Of a stretch of DNA of 64,000 bases, positions 56,734 to 64,000 are shown in pieces. This DNA is from an uncultured delta proteobacterium (GTDB taxonomy: Bacteria > Myxococcota > Myxococcia > Myxococcales > Myxococcaceae): assembly GCA_963713045.1 (NCBI GenBank), contig CAVQKE010000003.1, positions 704,001 to 768,000 on the forward strand. The letters are read 5' to 3'. The first letter of the stretch is position 1; the number at the start of each line of letters is the position of its first letter. Made by a program: the position numbers and the translations under genes. The notes beneath the pieces are model-generated. The model was not told the DNA's origin. It was given only the letters and a program-made list of their open reading frames with translations, and made no database searches.

Positions 56734-58097
56734 GAAAGCGCCCTCACCAAGCGGCGGAAGGTGTCCCCGCGGTCTTCAAAGTTGAGAAACTGGTCAAACG
56801 AGGCGCAGGCGGGAGACAACAGCACCACGTCCCCGGGGCGAGCGAGTTCCCGGGCGCGGGTGACCGCCCGTTCCAGCGTGCCGCAGGCGTGGACGGTGAA
56901 CTGCGTGGCGAACTCCTCTTCAATCAGGGGGCCATCCTGCCCAAGGGTGAGCACCGCAGCGACTTTTCCGCCCGCCGCCTGGCGCAGAGGCCCGTAGGGG
57001 GCGCCCTTCCCTTTGCCGCCGGCCAGCAGCCACAGGCGGCTTCCCGGTGGGAAGGCCTTCAACGCCACCACCGCCGCGTCGACATTGGTGGCCTTGCTGT
57101 CATTGACCCACTCGACGCCGTCGAGGACGCGGATGGACTCAAGTCGGTGGGAGAGGCCTGGGAAGCTGTCCAGGCCCCGCTGGGCGTCCGCCGGCTGCAC
57201 GCCGACATGCAGCGCCAGAAGCGTGGCCGCCATGGCGTTTTGCAGGTTGTGCGCCCCGCGCAGGGCGCGGTTGGCCACTCGGAAGGAGAGGTCCTCGCTC
57301 AGCACCCGGAAGCCGTCCCCCGACGCCACCGCTGCGCCGGCAAAGCCGCCGGGCAGCGTGGTGCGCTCGTCCAGGGTGAAGCCACGGGCCGTCGCCCGGA
57401 GCTGCCCCGCAAGACGCACCGTCCAGGGGTCGTCCAGGTTGAGCACCGCCACATCCGCTGGCTCTTGGCTCAAGAAAATGCGGGCCTTCGCCCGGGCATA
57501 TTCCTCGAGGGAGGGGTGGCGGTCGAGGTGGTCCGGCGTCAGGTTGAGAACGGCGGCGGCGTGGACGCGCAGCGTCTGCAGCCCCTCGAGTTGAAAGCTG
57601 GAAAACTCCACCACGTAGACGCCGGGTGGCTCGGCCTCGGCCGCCTCGGAAAGCGGCGTCCCAAGATTTCCACCGACGAAGGGCCGAAGGCCGCCTGCGG
57701 CGCACAGTGCGCCGCACAGCGCGGTGGTGGTGCTTTTGCCGTTGGTGCCGGTAATGCCCACCACCGGGACACCTGGGGCCAGCAGGCGTGCGGCCAACTC
57801 CACCTCCCCCCACACCGGGACTCCCCGGCCGCGCGCCTGGGCGAGCGAGGGCAGCGACAGCGGCACCCCCGGGCTCACCACCACCAGCGCCGGCGTTCCC
57901 AGGTCCAGGGTGCCCAGTGGCTCCCCGGCGCGCAGCACCGCCCCGCTGGCGGACAGCGCGGCCGAGGCTGGCCCAAGCTGCTGCAGCGGCTGGGCGTCGC
58001 GCACCGTGACGCGCGCCCCGGCCCGTCCGAGGAGTCGCGCGGCGGCCAGGCCGCTCTTGCCCGCCCCCAACACCTCCACCGTGCGGCCGGACAACAC
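56730..58097 (-). CDS. murD: UDP-MurNAc-L-Ala--D-glutamate ligase
   Basis: LGAGKSG, VSPGVP, ITGTNGKSTT, SSFQL, DHLDRH, NDSKATN and LSPACASFDQF motifs; start uncertain (58097 GTG or 58115 ACG). Confidence 0.95.
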   Translation of the reverse strand: MLSGRTVEVLGAGKSGLAAARLLGRAGARVTVRDAQPLQQLGPASAALSASGAVLRAGEPLGTLDLGTPALVVVSPGVPLSLPSLAQARGRGVPVWGEVELAARLLAPGVPVVGITGTNGKSTTTALCGALCAAGGLRPFVGGNLGTPLSEAAEAEPPGVYVVEFSSFQLEGLQTLRVHAAAVLNLTPDHLDRHPSLEEYARAKARIFLSQEPADVAVLNLDDPWTVRLAGQLRATARGFTLDERTTLPGGFAGAAVASGDGFRVLSEDLSFRVANRALRGAHNLQNAMAATLLALHVGVQPADAQRGLDSFPGLSHRLESIRVLDGVEWVNDSKATNVDAAVVALKAFPPGSRLWLLAGGKGKGAPYGPLRQAAGGKVAAVLTLGQDGPLIEEEFATQFTVHACGTLERAVTRARELARPGDVVLLSPACASFDQFLNFEDRGDTFRRLVRALS

Positions 58098-58138
58098 TGG
58101 GAAGGCAGTTGACGTGGGGTGGCCCTCCCTGGCCCCAG

Positions 58139-59311
58139 TCAGCGCAGCTTCAGCGTGAGCAGCGCCACGCCGCAGCAGAGAATGGAGACAATCCAGAAAC
58201 GGACGATGATTTTGGGCTCGCTCAAGCCCTTCAGCTCGAAGTGGTGGTGGACGGGTGCCATCCGGAAGACGCGCCGGCCGGTGAGGCGAAAGGATGCCAC
58301 CTGAATCATCACCGAGAGCAACTCGGCGAGAAAGACGCCGAGGACGAAAACCGACGTTACCTCTTGCTTGCTGAGGACGGCCAAGCCGCCCAGCCCTCCG
58401 CCGAGGGCCAGCGCCCCGACATCCCCCATGAAGACCGAGGCGGGGTAGGCGTTGAACCAGAGGAAGGCAATGCCGGCCCCCACGATGGATGCGCAGAAGA
58501 CGGCCAGCTCGGCGCCGCCCACCACCTGGGCGATGCCCAGGTAGCGCCACAGCGGAACGCTGACCAGCTTCAGGCCGCCGCCGCCCGCGGCGGGCAGCCA
58601 GTCCGCCAGGAAGAGGCCGCTGCCAGCCACGTAGCAAAAGATGGAGAAGGTGAGGGCCGCGACGATGGTGGGGACAATGGCCAACCCGTCCAAGCCGTCG
58701 GTGAGGTTGACGGCGTTGGAGGCCCCCACCACCACCAGCCAGGCGAATCCGAGGTAGGCCCAGCCCAACTCCAGGTTGAAGTGCCGGGTGGGGACGAAGG
58801 GCAGGGTGAGGCGGGTGTCCACCAGCAGGTGCGGTGTCCCACCCTGCCAGGTGCACAAAATGCCAAAAATCCCCACCACGAAGAAGAGTGTCTGCAACAG
58901 CAGCTTCTTCCTTGGAGCAAGCCCCTTGGAGTTGCGCTTGGACAGCTTCAGCCAGTCGTCCAGAAAGCCAATGAAGCCGAAGCCCAACGTCCAGAGGAGC
59001 GCCACCCAAATGACGCGCTCGCGCAGGTCAGCGAAGAGCAGCGTCGCCAGCGCAACGCACACCAGAATGAGTGCTCCGCCCATGGTGGGCGTACCCTTCT
59101 TCGTCTGGTGTCGGTCCGGCGTGTCCTCCCGGACGTTGTTTGCCTCGCCTTGGGTGGCCCGCAGCTGGGCGATGACGCTTCGGCCGAAGAGCAGCCCAAT
59201 CAGCAGCGCCGCCACCCCAGCGGCGACAATCCGAAAGGTGGGGTAGCGCAGAAAGTTGAGAAAGCGCCCCGCGTGGCTGTCCTTGAATGCCTCGTAGAGG
59301 AGAAAAAGCAT
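58139..59311 (-). CDS. mraY: Phospho-N-acetylmuramoyl-pentapeptide transferase
   Basis: KKGTPTMGG, GFLDD, NAVNLTDGLDGLA, FMGDVG and APVHHHFE motifs. Confidence 0.97.
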   Translation of the reverse strand: MLFLLYEAFKDSHAGRFLNFLRYPTFRIVAAGVAALLIGLLFGRSVIAQLRATQGEANNVREDTPDRHQTKKGTPTMGGALILVCVALATLLFADLRERVIWVALLWTLGFGFIGFLDDWLKLSKRNSKGLAPRKKLLLQTLFFVVGIFGILCTWQGGTPHLLVDTRLTLPFVPTRHFNLELGWAYLGFAWLVVVGASNAVNLTDGLDGLAIVPTIVAALTFSIFCYVAGSGLFLADWLPAAGGGGLKLVSVPLWRYLGIAQVVGGAELAVFCASIVGAGIAFLWFNAYPASVFMGDVGALALGGGLGGLAVLSKQEVTSVFVLGVFLAELLSVMIQVASFRLTGRRVFRMAPVHHHFELKGLSEPKIIVRFWIVSILCCGVALLTLKLR

Positions 59312-60700
59312 TCAGTGCCCGGCGGCCGCAGCCGTCCCAGTCAGTCGTTCCACCAGCCGCTCCATGCGCATGCCCCGGCTTCCCTTCACCAAGACGACGT
59401 CCCCGGGCCTCAGCCGTGTCCGGAGCCATTCCCAAAGCGGCTCCACTTCCACGAACCGTGCCGCCTCCGGATTCTCCTCGGCGGGCACCGCGGCGGCGCT
59501 GCGCGGGCCAAGGAAGGCGCGCACTGCCGCCAGCCTGGAAGCCACTTCGGCCATCTGCCGATGCTCCTCGGCCTCCCCGGTGCCGAGTTCGAGCATGTCC
59601 CCGAGGACGGCCACCACCCGTCCGGTGCCGGCGAGCTCCCGCGCCGTCTGCAGGGCGGCCAGCACCGACGCCGGGTTGGCGTTGTAGCAGTCGTCCAGCA
59701 CGGTGAGGCCGCCCGGCGCTTGCAGGACAGTCAGTCGGCGGGCGGTCGGCTGGGCTGAGGAGAGTCCTTGGACGCAATTCTCTACCGAGGCCCCCAGCGC
59801 TCGGGCCAGGGCCACCGCCGCCGCCGCATTGTGGGCATTGTGCGCGCCGACGAAGGCCAGCTGGACAGTGAGGGTGCGGCCGTCTGCCCGCAGGCGGACT
59901 TCCTGCCCGGCGCGGCCAAGCGACCGCGTCCCCTCGAGGCGTACATCTGCGCGCCCATCTCGCCCAAAGGTGAGCCATCGGGCTTGGGCTTTCTTGGCCT
60001 GTTCGACCACCTGTGGCTCGTCCAGGTTCACCACCGCCGTGGCGCTCGCGGACAGGCCCGAAAACAGCTCTCCTTCCGCAGCGGCCACTCCGGCCAGGCT
60101 CCCCAGGCCCTGAAGGTGCTCGGGCTGGATGGTGGTCAGCACGCCGGCGTCCGGTTCCGCTAGGGCCACCAGCCGCCCCATTTCCCCGGGCGCATTCATC
60201 CCCAGCTCCACCACGGCGGCGCGGTGCTGGGAGGTGAGGCGGAGCAGCGTCAAGGGCAGGCCGACTTCGTTGTTGAGGTTGCCTTCCGTCTTCAGCGCCG
60301 GGCCGCCAGCCAAGAGGATGCTGCCCACCATCTCCTTGGTGGTGGTTTTGCCGTTGCTGCCTCCCACCGCGCCGACCGGCAGCCGAAAGCGCCGGCGGTG
60401 AAGGCGCGCCAATGCCCCCAGCGCCTTCAGGGGGCTTTCCACCGCGAAGAGCCCGAACCCCGGCGGAACGGGCGGAAGGGGCTGACCGCTGCGCACCACC
60501 GCGCCGGCCGCCCCACGGGCCGCAGCGGAGGCGACAAAGGCGTGCGCGTTGAAGCGCTCGCCTTCCAGGGCGACAAAGAGGGCCCCCGGTTCCAGGGTGC
60601 GCGAGTCCGTCGAGACCGAGCTGAAGAGCGCCGCCAAAGGGGCGCAACGCACCTCGGCTGAGGTCGCCTCGAGAAGGTCAGCCGGGGTGAACGACGCCAC
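59312..60700 (-). CDS. murF: UDP-MurNAc-tripeptide--D-Ala-D-Ala ligase
   Basis: STDSR, GSNGKTTTKEM, NLNNEVG, DCYNANP, GDMLELG and VKGSRG motifs. Confidence 0.96.
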   Translation of the reverse strand: MASFTPADLLEATSAEVRCAPLAALFSSVSTDSRTLEPGALFVALEGERFNAHAFVASAAARGAAGAVVRSGQPLPPVPPGFGLFAVESPLKALGALARLHRRRFRLPVGAVGGSNGKTTTKEMVGSILLAGGPALKTEGNLNNEVGLPLTLLRLTSQHRAAVVELGMNAPGEMGRLVALAEPDAGVLTTIQPEHLQGLGSLAGVAAAEGELFSGLSASATAVVNLDEPQVVEQAKKAQARWLTFGRDGRADVRLEGTRSLGRAGQEVRLRADGRTLTVQLAFVGAHNAHNAAAAVALARALGASVENCVQGLSSAQPTARRLTVLQAPGGLTVLDDCYNANPASVLAALQTARELAGTGRVVAVLGDMLELGTGEAEEHRQMAEVASRLAAVRAFLGPRSAAAVPAEENPEAARFVEVEPLWEWLRTRLRPGDVVLVKGSRGMRMERLVERLTGTAAAAGH

Positions 60701-60717
60701 CTGAGCGGTCGCCTCCC

Positions 60718-62226
60718 CTAGGCCGGTCCGGGCTTCGCGAGCGCGGCGCGGGTCTCCGCGACGTCGTCGAAGGGAAGTCGCTCGGTACCGATTTCCTGGT
60801 AGGTTTCGTGCCCTTTGCCGGCGACCAGAATGACGTCCTCCGGCCGGGCCAGCGAGGCCGCCGTTTCCAGGGCAGTTCGCCGGTCGACTTCCACCAGGTA
60901 GCCGCGCTCACCGCTGCGCGATTTGCCCGCGCTGATGCGGCGCAGTCCACCCTTCTCGAGGCCGGGCGTCACCTGGGCAATGATTTCCGCGGGGTCTTCG
61001 GTCCGGGGGTTGTCACTCGTCACCACCGCCAAGTCTGCCCCTTCCGCCACCACCTGTCCCATCAAGGGGCGCTTGCCCTTGTCCCGGTTCCCGCCGCAGC
61101 CGAAGACCACAATCAGCCGCCCCTTGGAGAGGGCGCGCGCGGCTTCCAGCGCGCGCCGAAGCGCATCGTCGGAGTGGGCGTAGTCCACCAGCGCGACGCG
61201 CCCATTTTCCTCCACCCGCTCCATGCGGCCAGGGACACGCTTCACCCGCTCGATGCCTTCCTGGACGTCCCGTCGGCCGAAACCGGCCCCCAGGGCCATG
61301 CCCGCCGCGGCGAGGATGTTTTCTAGGTTGTGCGGGCCGAGCAGCGCGGACTTCACCTGGATGTCGCCGGCGGGCGTCTTCAACGTCGCGCGGATGCCGT
61401 CCAGCCCGAGCTCCACCCCAGCCGCGGAAATCTCGCCGGTGCCGGTGCGGCTGAATTTCCAGGCCATTCGTCGCGCGTTGCGGACTTCGTTGTAAATGCG
61501 CGCGGCGTAGGTGTCGTCCCCATTCACCACGGCAACGCCTCCCGGAGAGAGGTTGTCATTGAAGAGCTTTCGCTTCGCCTGGAAGTACGCCTCCATGTCG
61601 GGGTGGTAGTCGAGGTGGTCGCGCGAGAGGTTGGTAAAGGCCGCTGCGCGGAAGGTGAGGCCGTGCACCCGGTCTTGGTCGAGGGCGTGGCTCGACACTT
61701 CCATCACCACCGTGTCGGTACCTGCGTCGAGCATCTCCCGGAAGAGGGCATGCAGCGCCAGGGCGTCGGGCGTGGTGTGCGGGCTTTGCTGCGTCCGGCC
61801 GGCGAAGCGCACCTCGATGGTGCCGATGCGGCCGACGGCGGCGCCGCCGGCCGAGCAGATGGACTCGAGCAGGTAGGCGGTGGTGGTCTTCCCATTGGTT
61901 CCGGTGACGCCGAGAAGCATCAACTCATTGGCCGGGCGCCGATAAATATTGGCCGCAACTTCCGCCAGCGCGCGCCGGGCAGACGGCACCTTGAAGACTG
62001 GGAGGTCGGCCACCACCGCGCGCTCCGCCAGCACCGCCACCGCGCCGCTGGCCTTGGCTTCGGCAACGAAGCTGCTCCCGTCGTGGGTCGCACCAGGGAT
62101 GGCGACGAAGAGGTCACCCGGCCGCAACTTCCGACTGTCGTGCGCCACCCCGGTGACATCGAGGGAGGCCCGCGAGCCCGAGAGTTGCTCTGCCCCCACA
62201 CCTGCCAACACGTCTGTCAACTTCAT
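60718..62226 (-). CDS. murE: UDP-MurNAc-dipeptide--meso-DAP ligase
   Basis: GVTGTNGKTT, MEVSSH, DHLDYH, VDYAH, FGCGG, DNPR (DAP-specific) and AGKGHE motifs. Confidence 0.97.
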   Translation of the reverse strand: MKLTDVLAGVGAEQLSGSRASLDVTGVAHDSRKLRPGDLFVAIPGATHDGSSFVAEAKASGAVAVLAERAVVADLPVFKVPSARRALAEVAANIYRRPANELMLLGVTGTNGKTTTAYLLESICSAGGAAVGRIGTIEVRFAGRTQQSPHTTPDALALHALFREMLDAGTDTVVMEVSSHALDQDRVHGLTFRAAAFTNLSRDHLDYHPDMEAYFQAKRKLFNDNLSPGGVAVVNGDDTYAARIYNEVRNARRMAWKFSRTGTGEISAAGVELGLDGIRATLKTPAGDIQVKSALLGPHNLENILAAAGMALGAGFGRRDVQEGIERVKRVPGRMERVEENGRVALVDYAHSDDALRRALEAARALSKGRLIVVFGCGGNRDKGKRPLMGQVVAEGADLAVVTSDNPRTEDPAEIIAQVTPGLEKGGLRRISAGKSRSGERGYLVEVDRRTALETAASLARPEDVILVAGKGHETYQEIGTERLPFDDVAETRAALAKPGPA

Positions 62227-62315
62227 CAGGATTCCTAGTCTGGTAAGGCCCCCTCGGAGGGGTGGGCGAAACTCACCGACTGCGAGACATTCCGGGGGTT
62301 TAGAGACGACGAATT

Positions 62316-62358
62316 ACACCGTGAGACACCGTGAGACGGACAGCGTGGACACAGCGGT
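62316..62358. repeat. Short direct repeats in the ftsI-murE spacer
   Basis: ACACCGTGAG twice in tandem (62316-62335), then degenerate ACAGCGTGG and ACAGCGGT. Confidence 0.5.
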
Positions 62359-62659
62359 CAAGGCGCGGGGGCCCGTCGAAACGGCTCGTCGAAGCATGAC
62401 CCACCTAGCCATCGGCCAATTCTATCAGCCGCTTTGTCTCCGCGGGGACATCTTTTGCTGCTGATGAAGCGCCGGGGGCAGCGGAGGGCAACCGGCCCCA
62501 GCCAGCCGGCAGACGAGGGCCCGCACCGGCACGCGGTGCCGGGAGGGCCACTGGGGTGCCCGTCGGCGGCGTCGCATGCCTTCCTCAAGTGGCCGTCACC
62601 CCCCGGGCGGCCGGACCAGGTCGAGGACCCGCCCCGAGTGAAGCAAGCGGAGGGACGCG

Positions 62660-64000
62660 CTAGCGGGCAGCTTCCGAGTCTCCGACGGCGGACAACTCAA
62701 GAGTCACCCGCGCGCCCTTGGCCACCCTGGCCCCGGGGCCCGGGCTCTGCGCCACCACACGCCCACTTCCGACCAGCCGCGGCTCCAGCGCCAGCGACAG
62801 CAGGCGTGACACCGCCTCTCGGCCCACCCGTCCCTGGACGTCCGGAACGGCCACCGCCCCGGATTGGAGGCGCTCGGTGAGCGTCTCCTCCGAAGTCGTT
62901 TCCCCTTTTCCCTGCACCGCTGGTGTCCTGAAGGGCAGCGTTCGGACCTCCGGGGCCTTGGCGACTGCCGCCGGCCCCCGCGAAGGCGCCACCCCCAGGC
63001 CAGGCAGGGCTGCGGCGGCAATTTCCTTGAAGGCCGGGGCCGCGACCAAGCCTCCGTAGGCGTCCGTTTTGGGCTCGTCGATGACAACCAAGACGACAAG
63101 CCGCGGGTCCTCCGCCGGCACCAGCCCAGCGAAGCTGGCGATGCGGCGTTCGGAATAGCCGCCCGCCACCGGGTCCGGCTTCTGTGCGGTGCCCGTCTTT
63201 CCTGCCACCCGGTAGTCCTCCATGTGGGCGCGCGCGCCCGTTCCCTCTTTGCCCACCACGCCTTCCAGCATCGACACCACTGTGCGGGCCACCTTCTCAG
63301 ACACCACCCGGCGCACCTCGATGGGCTGGTTCTCCAAAAGCACCACCCCGTCCGCGTCGGTCACGCGCGCGACGATGTAGGGCCGCATCAAAACGCCCCC
63401 GTTGGCCAGGGCGCCGAAGGCTGCTGCCACCTGGACAGCGGTCGCACTCACCCCTTGGCCGAAGGCCTGGGTGGCCAAGGCCACTTCGGCGCGCGGGAAG
63501 GGAACAGAGCCCCGACCCTCGTGCGGCAGCGCTAGCCCCGAGCGGTCGCCAAAGCCAAATTGGCGCAGCGTGCGGACCATCCCCTCCCGGCCCAGCCGCT
63601 GCGCCACCTTGCCGATGCCGATGTTGGACGACACCTGGAGGATGCGGGGCAGCGTCAACCAGCCATGGGAGTGGGTGTCGTGGATGACGTGCTTGCCCAC
63701 CTCCCAGGCGCCATTCTCGCAGAAGAAACTCTCGTCGACGCGCACCGCTCCGGACTCCAGGGCACCGGCGGCGACAAAGGCCTTGAAGGTGCTTCCCGGC
63801 TCGAAGACGTCCAATGCCGCGCGGTCCCGCAGCACGGTTGGGCTGACGCCGCCCGCTGAGTTGGGGTTGAACCGCGGGGCATGCGCCACGGCGAGCAGCT
63901 CCCCCGTGCGGGGGTCCAGCGCCACCACCATGCCGCTGAGGGCCTGGCTCTCGGCCACTGCTTGGTCGAGCACCTTCTCGGCGGTGTATTGCAGCGTGCG
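62660..64000 (-). CDS. ftsI: Class B PBP (FtsI/PBP3) with C-terminal PASTA domain; N-terminus outside window
   Basis: EPGSTFK (SxxK), SSN and GKTGTAQK motifs; VAVPDVQG...QSPGPG PASTA domain. Confidence 0.95.
   Translation of the reverse strand, partial: RTLQYTAEKVLDQAVAESQALSGMVVALDPRTGELLAVAHAPRFNPNSAGGVSPTVLRDRAALDVFEPGSTFKAFVAAGALESGAVRVDESFFCENGAWEVGKHVIHDTHSHGWLTLPRILQVSSNIGIGKVAQRLGREGMVRTLRQFGFGDRSGLALPHEGRGSVPFPRAEVALATQAFGQGVSATAVQVAAAFGALANGGVLMRPYIVARVTDADGVVLLENQPIEVRRVVSEKVARTVVSMLEGVVGKEGTGARAHMEDYRVAGKTGTAQKPDPVAGGYSERRIASFAGLVPAEDPRLVVLVVIDEPKTDAYGGLVAAPAFKEIAAAALPGLGVAPSRGPAAVAKAPEVRTLPFRTPAVQGKGETTSEETLTERLQSGAVAVPDVQGRVGREAVSRLLSLALEPRLVGSGRVVAQSPGPGARVAKGARVTLELSAVGDSEAAR

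Noticed and set aside
6412..59009. Apparent long N-terminal extensions or fusions on cbs (6412), the zincin lipoprotein (23254), ftsZ (45253), murG (56221) and murD (59009)
   Set aside because: They arise from most-upstream start calling across neighbouring genes; family-typical N-termini begin at later starts.
1..64000. Many long overlapping ORFs in the six-frame track (e.g. 1208-2584 +, 28993-30684 +, 31379-33088 -, 58109-59758 +)
   Set aside because: These are antisense or alternate-frame shadows of real genes, typical of high-GC DNA, with no recognisable motifs.
1..64000. CRISPR arrays, tRNA/rRNA, transposases, prophage or defence genes
   Set aside because: I saw no regularly spaced repeats, cloverleaf or rRNA signatures, or mobile-element motifs; nearly all sequence is accounted for by CDS.

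Overview
High-GC (roughly 70%, by eye) myxobacterial chromosome segment, Myxococcaceae-like. The taxonomic call rests on recognisable Pph1 and DigR orthologues, DUF4388 and PilZ/TIGR02266 proteins, and many lipoproteins. The left part holds a signalling block (REC-DUF4388 regulator, PilZ, DUF4388-J-TPR protein, trmL, pph1), an amgK/murU-type peptidoglycan-recycling pair, cystathionine beta-synthase and gamma-lyase, hisN and an ArsR-SRPBCC operon. It also carries an OPT transporter, two rRNA methyltransferases, glycerate kinase, ppa, plsC and epmA. The middle holds a GT-C glycosyltransferase/ABC/SPFH operon, an FHA-TPR gene with digR, a biotin carboxylase/BCCP/crotonase trio and several secreted proteins. 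The right part is the dcw cluster (ftsI to ftsZ), interrupted between murC and murB by about 4.4 kb of accessory genes. I found no rRNA, tRNA, CRISPR array or transposase. The most notable observations are: (1) a biotin carboxylase operon whose third gene resembles the ScpB decarboxylase, with no carboxyltransferase present; (2) a sigma54-type promoter in front of murB-ddl-ftsQAZ; (3) a probable unannotated secreted peptide with an amphipathic tail inside the dcw insertion; (4) a recurring D-[AG]-G motif in exported proteins; (5) several exported pseudo-enzymes; and (6) four +1 frameshifts clustered at 48.9-54.1 kb, including one in murC, which are probably assembly errors. All family assignments come from motif recognition without database searches.
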